A stretch of 64,000 bases of DNA, taken from NCBI GenBank assembly GCA_964016885.1, contig OZ024748.1, forward strand, positions 59,520,001 through 59,584,000, read 5' to 3'. Positions 1-41,219 of this stretch are shown here, in pieces. Below the pieces are notes generated by a model. It saw nothing but the letters and a program-made list of their open reading frames with translations. It was not told the DNA's origin and searched no databases. Position numbers and translations under genes: made by a program. The first letter of the stretch is position 1. Every line of letters begins with the position of its first letter. The DNA is from Eledone cirrhosa (Eukaryota).

Positions 1-207
1 TATTATTATTGTCTGTGATCCAGAAACCTTTGGTAATGGAATAGTTATATTTTGTATTGTTCACTTTCTAATTAAATAGCTCTGTTCTATACATAGAGCA
101 CTCTTTTTTCCTTTGCCTTTCCTTTGGAATTACCTAAAACACACACACATATATATATATATATATATTGTTATACTTTGGGAGGGTCATGTTGCCAATA
201 ATATGCC

Positions 208-251
<44 letters not shown>

Positions 252-272
252 GGAATAGAATGAAATATACTT

Positions 273-311
<39 letters not shown>

Positions 312-398
312 TTAAAATAACAGATTAAAGTTTAAGCAAAGAATCGCTGCTTTTTCCTTATCGAGCCCTCTTTGGATTTTAGTCTTCAAATTTATTAT

Positions 399-436
<38 letters not shown>

Positions 437-474
437 CATTATTTAGTAAATTGTTCTGTTTCAATCCTTTCCAG

Positions 475-26947
<26,473 letters not shown>

Positions 26948-29118
26948 CCAAACCAAAACTTTCTCTAACAGATATTCTCCCCCCCCCCCCAAAAAAAAAG
27001 AAAATGATTTAAAATACAAACATATAAAAAGACAAAAATAAACAAAACAGACAACAAACAACAGGAAATCACTGGGTTCTCATTTTTATTTAAAAAAAAA
27101 CACATACATAAAACATTGAAATCTCCAGAATTACTTATTTTTCCCATCAAGATTGTTTTTTTTTTTTTGTTACTTTTTGTTATTTTGGGGGGTTCCGAAA
27201 ACTTAAATTAAACATGATGGAACCTTCCAGGTTTTCTTTTGGCCCAGAATCATGAATTAAACAAGAAACTTATGAGATTTTATTTCCAACTTGAAACCCT
27301 GTTGGCCAGGACCACGAGGCAGTGGACTGACCCTTAAGTTTTTAATTTATGGTGGTCGCATCTGGAATAGATTTACTTCCATAAGCACGTGGAGTAGGTT
27401 GAGAAATGAAGCATGATGTTAAATATGAAATCTCCACAGTTTCTTTCCTTCCAAGCCAACATGTTGTAGCTTGACCTGTACAAAACAACATCTAAATTTC
27501 CCTCAAAGTGTAATTGAGCCTCTTAAATAAAAACAGGATACATTGAGTCATTGTTACAATGTTGTCTAAATCAAAACATGGAGATTGGATGGTCATGGCT
27601 GGAATGTCTTTTATCATAGGTTTGCTTGATCAGAAAGTTAGGGGGTTGAGCTAAACTACAATACCACCACCAACAACACCACCAACAGCAACAACAATAC
27701 CACCACAGACAGCAACAACACCAATAACAACAATACCACCAACAGCAACAACAACAATACCACTGCCTCTGTCACCAGCACCACCAACAACAACAATATC
27801 ACTACCTTCATCAACAACAACAACAATGCTACCAACACCACCAACAACAACAACAATATCACCACCTTCATCAACAACAACAACAATGCTACCAACACCA
27901 ACAACAACAATAACAATAACTTAACATGTAAGCCTCAGGATTACTTTTTATGCCAGAATCATGAACTGATTATGAAACCATGAGATTATATTTCCAACCA
28001 ATCCTAAGATTTAACATGAACCCTTAACAGGATCTGATCCAACATGAGCTCTCTTCAAGATCTCTCCCATGAGAAACAAAATTCCTACATGAGTTCTCTA
28101 CAGGAGCTCTCTCATGTGAAACATAAAAATCCAATGGGAACTCTCTTCAAGATCTCTCCCATAATCCAACATGAGCTCTCTTCAAGATCTCTCCCATGAG
28201 AAACAAAATTCCTACAGGAGCTCTCCCATGAGAAACATAAAAATCCAATGGGAACTCTCTACAAGATCTCTCCTATAATCCAACATGAGCTCTCTATAAG
28301 ATCTCTCCCATGAGAAACATAGCAATTAAACTAAACATTACAATATGAAACCTCCATTGGCGTGATCCTTTCTGCTACATGATGCAACATCAGCATAAGA
28401 AAACTGCCAGGGGTTTCTTTCTAACTGGAAATAAAAGTTAAACACAAAACATTTGAATCTTTGAACCCTTTTCATATCAACCTGCCTAAGTCCACCTTGG
28501 TTTTATGCCACAAAGATTCTTGTTTTGAAGTATTATTATTTAAAATAATTAAAGTATGGGTCATAAGTTCAATTCCTGACAGTGTGTTGTGTCCTTGAGC
28601 AAGACACTTTATTTCATGTTGCTCCAGTCAACTCAACTGGAAGGAAGGAATTGTACCTGTAATTTGACAGACCAGCCTTGTCACATATATTGTCATGCTG
28701 ACTCTCCCTGAGGATTATGTTATGGGTGTACATGTCTGTGGAATACTCAGCCACTTGCACTATGATTTCCCAAACAGCCCGTTCTGTTTTTCAAACAACT
28801 GCAACACACTGCAGAGATCCAACAATATCATTAAATTAAATTAAAACCTTCCATCACATAATTCTATCTAAGGAACCTTTGTTAAGTTATACTCCAAACA
28901 TCATCTTGAAATGAAAGACAAAATATTTTACTAACCCTTCAAATTTCTTGATTATTTTAAACATTAAATGAAACACACAGACAGTGTATTTCTAATGAAC
29001 ACACTGCCAGTGTATTTCTAATGAAACACACTGCCAGTGTATTTCATTAGAAAGGGGTTCAACAAAAGAAAAAATATTCAAAAAGATGGGTTTTTTTCTA
29101 CTGAAATCTAAACTAAAC

Positions 29119-29630
29119 ATGGAACTATTATAAGAGAGGTGGTATTCTATCATGGAACTATTATAAGAGAGGTGATGTTCTATCATGGAACTATTACAAG
29201 AGAGGTGGTATTCTATCATGGAACTATTATAAGAGAGGTGATGTTCTATCATGGAACTATTACAAGAGAGGTGGTATTCTATCATGGAACTATTATAAGA
29301 GAGGTGATGTTCTATCATGGAACTATTACAAGAGAGGTGGTATTCTATCATGGAACTATTACAAGAGAGGTGATGTTCTATCATGGAACTATTACAAGAG
29401 AGGTGGTATTCTATTAGAAAAATAATCATAGAACTGTACAAGAGGTGAGCTTCTATCATAAAACTAAAAACTAAGCATAGAACCACTATCAGAGAGGTGA
29501 GGTTCTATGAGAAATATAAACTTAAGAGTGGTGGTGTTCTATCAGAGATATAAACATAAACATAGAACTATTATAAGAGAGGTGAGGTTCTATCATGGAA
29601 CTATTATAAGAGAGGTGAGATTCTATGAGA
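29119..29630. repeat. 33-bp minisatellite with alternating variants
   Basis: atggaactatta(t/c)aagagaggtg(g/a)t(a/g)ttctatc, about 9 clean copies then degenerate. Confidence 0.9.
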
Positions 29631-30049
29631 AATCTAAACTAAATATAGACCATCAGCTCTCTTATAAGGTTTCATCAGAAATATAAAAATGTGTGTAAAT
29701 GCTTCAGGATTTTCTTTCTAACAGAAATATAAGCTATTTTTTCGGAGCTTTTTTTTATGTTCCACAAAACTTTGTATTCTTGTATCTTCTCTCTCTCTCT
29801 CTTTCCTCTCTCTCTTCTTTCCCCTCTCTCGCTATCTCTTCTTTCCTCTCTCTCTCTCTTCTCTCATCTTCCCTGTGTCTCCTTCCCATCTTCCCTCTGT
29901 CTTCTTCCCTTCCTCTCTCTCTCCCATCCTTTCTCTCTCTTCATTGATCTCTTTTGAATTTCATTTGCTCAACTTTTGCCTTACCCTCCTCCTCTCTTCA
30001 TTTCATTTTCTTGTTTTTATTAAATCTTTTTCTGCCCACCCTTCCTTTT

Positions 30050-30124
<75 letters not shown>

Positions 30125-30169
30125 TTTGCTCTCTCTAGTGCCTGAAAATGTGATTATATGCATTATTTA

Positions 30170-30563
30170 TTTATTCATATATATGTGTATGTATGTACAT
30201 ATATATATGTATATACATACATATATGTATTTGTATTTATGTGTGTATGTGTATATCTATATATGTGTGTGTGTGTATATATATATGTATATATATATAT
30301 ATATATACACACACGTATATGTATGTGTATATATCTATATACATACATACATACACATATATATATATACATATACATGTATGTATATATATATATATAT
30401 ATACATACACATGTATGCATGTATATATATATATATATATATATACATACATATACATGTATGTATGTGTGTATATATATATATATATATACATACATAC
30501 ATATACATGTATGTGTGTATATATATACATACATACATACATATATATATATACACATATACA

Positions 30564-30607
<44 letters not shown>

Positions 30608-30825
30608 TGTATGTGTGTGTATATATATATATATATATACATACATACATACATACACATGTATGTATGTGTGTATATATATACATACATACATACATAC
30701 ACATGTATGTATGTGTGTATTTATATACATACATACATACATACAGATATATGTATGTGTGTATATATGTATATATATATATATATATATACATACATAC
30801 ATACATACACATATACATGTATGTA

Positions 30826-30857
<32 letters not shown>

Positions 30858-30860
30858 CTA
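30170..30860. repeat. Compound (TA)/(TG)/(CATA) microsatellite
   Basis: Direct reading. Confidence 0.9.
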
Positions 30861-31199
30861 TACAAATACTCCCTTGTCCCATCTGTCAAAAGATAACCTT
30901 TTACTTTATTAAAAAGTCAGGTTAAATTGAGATGTCGCTGCATATTTTTTGATTTCACTTGCTTTGAAACAAATCAATTTTTTAATGGACGAAGGGTGGG
31001 GTGGGGGTCCAAAACCACTGAGGTCATCATCATCATCATCATCATCATCGTCATCATAATCATCATCATACACCACAGAACAGAGGTTAGCTCACATTAA
31101 AGAAGTCCTCAACTTGACCTTTCATTTCTTTCACTTTATACACACTGCTGATGCTCCTGCAAAAGTATATATATATATATGTATATACATACATACATA

Positions 31200-31252
31200 A
31201 ATATTCTACAGGACTAGAACTGTTTCATTCATGTGATATCGTCAGGAATATT
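31200..31252 (-). ncRNA. Type I hammerhead ribozyme motif (family B)
   Basis: aatattc-CTGACGA-tatcacatgaat-GAAA-cag-ttctagtc-ctg-TA-gaatatt. Confidence 0.7.
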
Positions 31253-31289
31253 GTATATATATATATACATACACATTTTATATAAGTCC

Positions 31290-31320
<31 letters not shown>

Positions 31321-31332
31321 TTTATATCTGTC

Positions 31333-31368
<36 letters not shown>

Positions 31369-31379
31369 TTTATATCTGT

Positions 31380-31416
<37 letters not shown>

Positions 31417-31429
31417 ATTTTATATCTGT

Positions 31430-31464
<35 letters not shown>

Positions 31465-31477
31465 ATTTTATATCTGT

Positions 31478-31523
<46 letters not shown>

Positions 31524-31667
31524 CATGCAAAAAATAAATGGAAACAACAAATCAAACAGCTCAGTACAATGAAGAAATGTATTAGTTTAACATTTGATAC
31601 AGTAGTCCTTCATTAGTAGATAGAATAAGAAATAAAAGATAAGAAAAAACATTTGCTTTAGTCAGCC

Positions 31668-31730
<63 letters not shown>

Positions 31731-32583
31731 AGTTGAAACTGGTTAGACCATTACTCACCAAAGTACTCAATACTTGGGGTAGTAAGTATGCTTATGTTTT
31801 AAAGAGTCAGGAGCCCAACGGCTGAGCTCTTGCTGTTTCAGCAGCTAGTTCCAGACTGGAACAATCATTACCAGAATATCAAACCTTACTATTTGGTTTC
31901 GTAAATAAAATCATTCAAGGAAATAATAATAATGATGTTGATGACGCAAATGATGATGAGGATGATAATGGGGTGATGATTTCAGAATTCAGTTCAAAGA
32001 TTTGTTCTTTCATCTCTACAAACAACAAATAATTCTTTGTACAAATCTTTGAGAAACTCAATATGTGATAAAAAAATTAAAAGTGGTAAATATATGAAGT
32101 TAGACTTTACATTTCATCATGAGGACACATTTTTTTTTTTCGTAATAACCTTTATATATTTTTTTTGCCCATAAATGCTTATCTTCTTTAGAATGACACA
32201 AATGTGTCATATAAACAGATTGGTTTTAAAATAATACCATTGCTGTTATTTTGTTTTTTAATTTATTCAATTTTCATTTAGTAAGAATAAACATTTTATA
32301 ATAGGTTTTAACAATTTATTATGTTTAGAAAAACACTGAAAAAAAAAAAATGGTGTTATTTTTTAACCACTCTGTATGTGTGTGAGTGTGTGTATGTTTG
32401 TATATTATGTCTGTGTATGTTTGTGTACGTATGCCTGTGTGTGTACATATGTGCATATATATATATATTCAAAACATACTATATATATATATATATAGTA
32501 ATAATAATAAATTTGAAGACTAAAATCCAAAGAGGGCTCAATAAGGATAAATATATATCAAATATATAAGAACCGTAGAGCAA

Positions 32584-32724
32584 ATATTTATTAAAATAAC
32601 ATTAAAGTTTAAGCAAAGAATCGCTGTTTTTACCCTTAACGGGATCTTCTGGAAACTGTTTTCAGAAGATCCCGTTAAGGGTGAAAGCAGCGATTCTTTG
32701 CTTAAACTTTAATCTGTTATTTTA

Positions 32725-32732
<8 letters not shown>
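32584..32732. repeat. Foldback inverted repeat; single copy of the same family at about 305-400
   Basis: atatttattaaaataac...gggatcttctg vs cagaagatccc...gttattttaataaatat. Confidence 0.7.
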
Positions 32733-32764
<32 letters not shown>

Positions 32765-32952
32765 TGTTTTGAAACAGCGAGCAAATTTGAAATTAGAAAT
32801 AGAAGCTTTCACCATATTTTTTAATAAAGAAATTTTAGCCTGATATTGGGGTTTAGAACCCTCTAAGAAATGGAAAAAGATGAGTATTGTCGTCAATAAT
32901 CATCTTTTCAGGCTAAAATTTCTTTAGTAAAAAAAATATGGCGAAAGCTTTT

Positions 32953-32998
<46 letters not shown>

Positions 32999-33260
32999 TA
33001 AAAGTTGAGGATCAACCTCTGAAGAGGTAGCTATCCAAAACCACCAAACTTGCAGTCGATCCTCTACATTTACTAATATATCCACTCTGCATCATACCAT
33101 GTATCAAGTATTTCATTGAAATGGGGTCTTCCTGACCCAGTACCACAGACTATATATATATATATATATATATGTGAAAGGTAAACAGAAATAACAACAC
33201 AATCAGTACAGTATATGGAAGGTATATATTAGGTTAACGCTTGATATAGCAGGAAGAGAG

Positions 33261-33296
33261 TCTTAACGTTTCGGACGCTAGTCCTTCATCAGAAGA
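33261..33296 (-). ncRNA. Minimal type I hammerhead ribozyme motif (Penelope-type, palindromic helix III)
   Basis: tctt-CTGATGA-a-ggac-tagc-gtcc-GAAA-CG-TT-aaga. Confidence 0.75.
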
Positions 33297-34029
33297 AAGA
33301 ATGAGAAATAAAATAGATTAAGGGTGTGTGTATGTGTTTGTGGGTGCAGTCATATGTATTGTTTTACACTTTATGTAATATCTCCCTATGATTTATCAAT
33401 ATATTTGTATAATAATTTATGTAATAATGTCTGACAAAAGTCAGACCAGGTATGTGTCTCAGTAGTGTATATATCTCTTTATATAATGTCTTAGGAAGTT
33501 GTATAAACATTTTGCTAAGGATGTATTGGGCTGTGACATAAATTCCCGCCGTTTTTCTTCTATTAAGAAGTTTTATAACAACGGCGGGATTTTATGTAAC
33601 AACCCAATATATATGTATCCATACATAGACATATATATGTATGTGTGTGCATATGTATATATAATCTTACATACTTTTTCTCAATACGTGTGGGTGGGTC
33701 TATGTTTATGTGTATATGTATGTGCGTGTGTATGTATCCATACATAGACATATACAATATGTATGCGCGTGAATGCATGTGTATGTGTCAGTGTGTCCAT
33801 AATTATGTACATACATATATGGCTATACTACTAAGACATCCAGGAACTATGTTCACCCACTATCACAATGCTGATGCTTCAATAGTCATTGTCTCTCCTT
33901 ATAATTTGTTTATAACTGAATTCCTTGCTCCTTCTTATGCCTTATTAAAAGTTTTGTGCATATGCTTGTTGTTGTTGCTTTTGTATTTATTCCAGCATGT
34001 AGTGTGGTGAGTTACCTGACTCATTAGAG

Positions 34030-36421
34030 CAGAGGTTCTCAAAGTGGGCACTACCACCCCTCCGGGAGAGGAGGGGGGTGAGAAGGTTCTGGGGGGCACT
34101 GGGGCCCAAGGGTTAGTGGCAGATTGTTAGAGATGATATGATAGTATATTAAATATCAAATGATGCATATTATATATAAATATATTAAATATTAAAGGAT
34201 GCATATTATATATAAATATAGTATATTAAATATCAATATCAAATGATGCATATTATATATAAATATATTAAATATCAAATGATGCATATTATATATAAAT
34301 ATAGTATATTAAATATCAAATGATGCATATTATATATAAATATATAAATATAGGTATTTAGTGAAGATGCGTGGCTGAGTGGTAAAAGAATTGGATTCAC
34401 AATCGTGAGGTTGTAAGTTCGATTCCTGGACCGGGCAATGCGTTATGTCCTTGAGCAAGACACTTTGTTTCCCATTCCTTCTACCTGGAGTTGCAATCGA
34501 TAGATAGTATTAGCATCTGGAAAGACCAACGGAAACATTGTTTCCTCGGTCCGATTTGATGAAAGTCGATCGATGCTTTTATATGTATATATATATATAT
34601 ATATAGTATATTAAATATCAACTGACACATATTATATATAATAGGCCAACCACTTTACAGGTGTACCAAGTGTATTTTTCATGATACTAGTACTAAAGTT
34701 TTACAGAGTGCACTAGGTGCATTTTAATGAGGCATTAACACTGTAAAGGTTACCATAAGCTTGGCCAGACTGAAGAGTCTTTTCTATTCTATAGAGTTCA
34801 AGTCTCACCCTCATCAAAATATCAAATGATACATATATATATATAATAGTATATAAAATATCAAATGATATATATATAATAGTATATAAAATATCAAATG
34901 ATATATATATAGATATAGTATATTAAATATCAAATGATACATATATATATAATAGTATATTAAATATCAAATGATACATATATATAATAGTAAATTAAAT
35001 ATCAAATGATACATATATATATAACTAGCAGTGGTACCCGGCGTTGCACGGGATAAGGTATTTTGGAACGCGGGCCGCCAACAGACCTAATTGTGGAAAA
35101 ACTGCATGCCTGGACAATATGTAAAGAAAATAAACCGAATACTCTGATGGCTGGATAATCTTTAAGATTTTCCTCGATGAAGCAGGAAAAATGCAGGTTT
35201 TCACCTAATGCGGGCCCTGGGGGATCAAGAAAATGAATTTTTTTTATGTGCATAATATGCCTTGAAATTTCGTGAAAATCGGCTAGACGTAACGCCTCGA
35301 AAAAGCCCTAAAAAGCTGAAAAAATGGAGATTTTCAGCTAATGTGGGCCCTAGACCATAAAAAGTTGGATTTTCTTTGCTCACGGTATGGAGAAGAGACT
35401 GACTATACATAGTTACAATTTCAAGGAAATCGGTCTGACGTAACGCCTCAAAAAACCCATAAAAATGTTAAACAACGCAGTTTTTCACCTAATGCGGGCC
35501 CTAGTAGATACAATAAGTAATACACATGTAAAGTTTGAAAAACATTGGTTGGGCACTTTTCGAGTTTTAGGGATTCACACACACACATACATCCTCAGGG
35601 AAGTGACGTAATAATGCAGACAGCCAGACATACAGACAGATATTATAAGGGCGCGACGTTATATGTATGTATCTATCTAAAAAGAGAAAGACTACAAATT
35701 ATAGAGAGAGATCGCTAAATCGCCTAATGCGGTTCGTAGGGCATTGAAAATTTGAAATTTATTTTGCTCAGAACACTCCCTGAAACAAGTATTACATGTG
35801 TAAAGTTTGAAAACAGTCGGTTGGGGGGTTCTCGAGTTTTAGGGATTCAAACTCACACACACACAGACAGACATCCTCAGTTTTATATATATAGATAGTA
35901 TATTAAATATCAAATGGTACATATATATAGATATAGTATATTAATATCAAATGATACATATATATATATAATAGTATATTAACCCTTTAGCATTTACATT
36001 ACTCTATATATACTATTGTATTTTCACAGTAAAGGCTTTACCTTACATAATTATCTCACATAATATCAAATCTACGAGATTATGATATATTTATTTTGAG
36101 AACAATACCTTAACATAAGTATGAGTGGCCAGTTATGGTCAGTTTTAACAGAAAAAGGTGAGAGAATTCTGGCCAGATATGGCCAGTTTAAATGCTAAAG
36201 GGTTAAATATCAAATGATACATATTATATATAAATATAGTAAAATAAAAATATATAATATTTATTTATACATAATTTATATTATATCATTTATCGATCTT
36301 ATTTATTATATATTACTTATAATTTGCATATAGTCAGGTCTCTCTAGAAATAGGGTTAGGGCCGCTGAGGGTATATGTGGTTGTGAGGGGGTTGGTGGCC
36401 CCAAAAGTTCGAGAATTTCTG
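34030..36421. mobile_element. hAT (Charlie-like) non-autonomous element expanded by nested insertions
   Basis: TIRs cagaggttctcaaa / ttcgagaatttctg; 8-bp TSD CATTAGAG at 34022-34029 and 36422-36429. Confidence 0.75.
35025..35895 (-). mobile_element. Complete non-autonomous Helitron
   Basis: Minus strand 5'-TCTATATATATAAAA...CCCGTGCAACGCCGGG hairpin...CTAG-3', inserted between A and T with no TSD; removing it restores the host minisatellite unit. Confidence 0.85.
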
Positions 36422-37379
36422 CATTAGAGCATTAAACAAATATAACAACCCCAGTATTTGTCTAAAAGTTTAGTCTGTCTCTGTCCCAGAGGCTCACCAA
36501 GCCAGTGCTTAAATAGACCCCAGTGCATTACTGCTACTTTATTATATCAACCCTGTAAGGACAACGTAGTAGAATAAATAATGGTTTCTGAGTTAGCGAT
36601 AAGGTCAATAATTTGGGGAGTATGGAAAGTATATTAAATAGACCCCAATTTGTTACTGGTTCTTTATTTTATCGATCCCTTAAGGATAACATTATCATTG
36701 TTTAAGGTCTATCTTCCACGCTAGTATAGGTTAGACGGGTTTGTACCATTAGAAGCAAGTTGAGTCGGGTAACCATGTCTCGCTCATATAGGATTGTTTC
36801 TGGCTGGTTTTCTATGGCTGGATACCCTTCCATACATAGTATGACTAACAATTATTTTTACTTTTGGCATAAGGCCAACAATTACCCCAGTGCATTACTG
36901 GTACTTTATTTTATAGACCCCTGTAAGGATGAAATGCAAAGTTAATTTTGGTGGGATTTGAACTCAGAACGTAAAGGGCCATAACTCTATACTTGAAAGC
37001 ACGGCGTCCGACCCTCTACCAATACTGCCAATCCACCAATAATATAACTAGTAGTATAACTAATAATTGTTTCTACTTTTGGCACAAGGCCAGCAATTAT
37101 CCCAGTGCATTACTGGTACTTTATGTTATCGACCCCGTAAGGATGAAAGGCAAAGTTAACCTCGGCAGGATTTGAACTTAGTCCCTAATAATAAAGTGAA
37201 CTTTGGTAATATAAAATTACTGAAACAGAACTAGAAAATGTATTGTATTCGGTGACTAAATATTTTACAATACTTTGTCTCTTGCTCTACTAAACTCATT
37301 CTTAGTACATCGAGAGAAGTGGGACACTATTTTATAGAAATTAAATGTATTTGACATTGCAGTTTTTATATATGGGACA

Positions 37380-37710
37380 AATATATTGGCAGACAGGAAC
37401 CACTACTTGCAATAGTGAGGAGATGGAAGCTTGCCTGGTATGGTCACGTATCCTGCCACAACTTCTTGTCCCAAACCATCCTTCAGGGCACAGTGTTGGG
37501 GGAGGGAGAAGAAGAGGCAGACAAAGAAAATCCTGGTTCAATAACATCAAAGACTGGATTGGACTGGTCACAACACAGACCCTTCTACACATGACGGAGA
37601 ATAGAGAGGAATGGTGACGACTGAATGCAAAAGTATCTAGGGTGGCACCCTAAGGACTGGCACACCAGGGAACCCCAACGACTCGCTGTACCAGTTGCCA
37701 GAACATGATG
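37380..37710 (+). mobile_element. Degenerate RTE-clade LINE 3' fragment
   Basis: GGRRRGRQRKSWFNNIKDW...REEW motif typical of the RTE ORF C-terminus. Confidence 0.55.
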
Positions 37711-39651
37711 ATATATGATTTCAGAAGATTAATTCTAAGGCACAATTTCGGAATAAGCATATCACCGTAAATCTGAGGGTGTACCATTGAAAAGTAGAGT
37801 GGGGAGTATCAGTGAATTTTTCTCCCCCGATCACCCCACCACCACCACCACTTCTTATGGCGACGGGACTGATAGCCACACATAAATGTGGTTTTGGTGT
37901 TATCACACATCACGCTAAGGTACATAACTCTGGTTATATGGGAGTTAAATTATGTTCTTGAGTTAATATGTATTTTTATGAACTAAAACTAGTGAAAATA
38001 AACTGAGGTAAATCTATACATAAAAAGTTTATTATGTAAATATTTACGATAATATATATTTTAATGTATATATTTTAAGTTAGCTATAAACAGAAATACT
38101 ATACAACTATTTCTACCAAGTCAAGCAACAAGATAAGAAAGAGACTCACTCTTTGATACGTAATAATTATTTTGCTGGTCGGTGTTAGTTTTATAATTGG
38201 TTGGATATAATCGATAGAGCGAATTTGGTAAATTTACAAAACTACACCCCTCTCCCGTTCGGTGGGAAATTGATCTTTATTATTGATTTTTTTCTATTTT
38301 TTTTCAATAAATCAAACACCAACCCAACCCATCGGAAACGACTTGTACGTAATGGAATACCGACTATGAAACATCTAGTTCGCTGTATGTTTTCCCAAAC
38401 ATTAACTGTCCTTTTAATATGAGATAATTTTCCTACTAAATTTTTACACTCTACTATCGCAAGTATCGAGTACTCTTTTGAATAATGGTCTTACTAGTTT
38501 AAAATTGGTATAAGTGGTGAGTCTTGTTTGTTACTTTGGAGTTTCACCTGCGTGAAATTCCAGAGTAATATAAAATGAATATTTAAACTCTACTTCGGTA
38601 TTGCGTACTTTTTCTCCCGTCCGTAAATAATACAAGTGTGGTGAATTTCGAAAAACATACATCCAAATTTGGTAGAACACTCAATTCGAGAGACGAGTTA
38701 TTATATAGAAAACTTGGTTGAATTAACATCGAGTACGCGGTGTCGTTGATAATATTTCCCTTGTCTGCATGATACCGGTGACTTAAGTTAAAAGTCTCTG
38801 TCATAATTTAATACATTCAGAAACATCTATTACGTAAATTCGCTCCATCGATTGTTTTCCTAACCCTAACCCATAATAAAACAGACACCAACCAGCAAAA
38901 CATTTTAAATAGATAGTCAAAGATACTTTTGTACCTAAATAACACCATAGTTAATGTAATAAATGTGTGTATATCACAACTCTTTTTACTGATTGAGTCT
39001 TTTCCAAACTTTAGATATACTTTACCAAATTGCAACTCTCTCTCTCTCTCTCTCTCTCTCTCCTTATTGGGACGTTTCAAAACCAGTTATATATAATAGC
39101 AGAAAAACCACCCTTAGGGTGGTTTTTCTGCTAGCATGTGTATGATATTATACGCTGGTATATATACATGTAGATATGATACATCAAATAAAATCGTAAT
39201 TGACAATATATAATACATAGAAATTGAACGAAGACTGCGTTACACTGTCTTATGTAATCAGTAACGTAATCCATGATACATTAAAAAAGACGATATTATA
39301 TATAAACTGCATTAGGAGAAAATTAGTATGTTTATTTAAGCGATAGCCAACCGGAAGTGTTGACATTTCAGAAATTTTAAGGAAGTGAATCTTTAAATAA
39401 ACAAAATATATTTAATCAACAGCCACGAAATTTAGTAGATAAATTATGTAATATTCATTCATTATTTATTCAAAGTAATCCAACTTATTTTACTAATGGG
39501 ATAAAAAATTATAAACCGTACGCAGTCCCGCGCTCTTAATTTATTATAGTTTATATATATATATATATATATAATAAGTTGACGGACCGAGCATAGGTAT
39601 CAATGCTATGTCCGGTTGCATCTCAGCGTACTCAATAGGTAATGTAAAATT

Positions 39652-39682
<31 letters not shown>

Positions 39683-40278
39683 CTGTAAAAAATATGTGTA
39701 GTTTCTCGTTTAATGGAGACAAAAAAAAATATAGAATTAGAATTATCATGTGAAAGCCACATTACCCTTTAACCAATTACCATTTCTAACATGTTTTCTG
39801 GTACAACGTGACATTTCTCCCCACCGTATACACACAGACACACATCACACGCTCAGAACAAAACGACTTTTGGAACAGTTCAAGGGAAATAACTGATGTT
39901 GGCTTAGAATGACTAACACAACCGTTCTAGAATGTCGCCGTGAATCTTTCGGCTGTTTACTTCACTTATCTTCTCCTCTCGTTGGTACGTTGGATAGAAT
40001 GCTTTTTGGTGTATTGGTTCTATCTCTCGGAGTTCTGAGTTCAAACCCTGCCGATGTCATCTTCGACTTTCATCCTTTCGAAGCTGGAAAAACGAAAAAC
40101 ATAAATAACACACCAGTCTAGTACTGGTTCGATTCTTCCTCTTATCTCCTTCTCGCCTCCGCCGCCGCTTCTTCTGCAACATCGTCAGTGGTGCTATTAT
40201 TTTCCTCCTGTTGTATTGTATATCTACGTCATCTTTATTTTATTTTTTATTTTATTTTATCTGTTTAATATATATATG

Positions 40279-40326
<48 letters not shown>

Positions 40327-40329
<3 letters not shown>

Positions 40330-40422
40330 TGCCCCCAAAAATGTATACACACTTCAACAGCATTCTAATAAATATTCACTGTACAGGTAATGAAAGTGTG
40401 TATACATTTTTAGGGGTCACCA
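40327..40422. mobile_element. Short Tc1/mariner-type MITE within a TA microsatellite
   Basis: TIRs ggtgcccccaaaaatgtatacacactt / aagtgtgtatacatttttaggggtcacc. Confidence 0.65.
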
Positions 40423-40586
40423 CATTTATATATATATATATATATAATTATTTCTACTTGTTGGCACAAGGCCAGCAATTACCCAGTACATTTTATCGAC
40501 ACCGTAAGGATGAAAGGCAAAGTTAACCTCGTTAAGGGACGTATATATGTGAATATATCAGATCGTTAAGGGACGTATATATGTGA

Positions 40587-40633
<47 letters not shown>

Positions 40634-41187
40634 AATATATATATATATATATATGTATATGACAACCCCACCAAGGTTTCTTGGTGAGGAGGGTGACTTT
40701 GGACATCCTGCAGGACAAAAAAAAAACCTGTCAAAGGGCAAAGGAGCTCTTAAGAGTCAATGGCCATCCAAAATCACCGGGAGAGATGACCCCTTAGCCT
40801 TTGTCAAGGCAGAATTCTAGGAGAAGGAAAACTCTGATATAACACCTGCAACCCTGATGGTATCTAATGATGTTGACTTGTTCTTCTTTTTGGTAAATAT
40901 CATCTTGGTTAAGAGAGTGGGACTGGCTTTGTGCAGTGCCTTTTCTCACTATAAAAGCTTCACGGCACAGGCATTGCTTTATATCTGGAGATCTCTCTGC
41001 ACTTGTCGTCAAATGGTACCATGGGCCCAGCACTATGTGTCAATAATTGTCACAGGTGTAGTGTTTGTACCAGAGTTTTCAAGTCGCTGGCTGGACTAAA
41101 AAGTCACACTCGTTCAGCGCATCGGTAGGGGTTCTCCTACATGGATATAAAGTAGTGGCCGTACTCAAAAACGAGTTGGCAGCCACC

Positions 41188-41219
<32 letters not shown>

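Noticed and set aside
31900-32345. Possible minus-strand terminal exon after a T12-CAG acceptor
   Set aside because: All three frames stop within about 25 codons; no linked upstream exon could be shown
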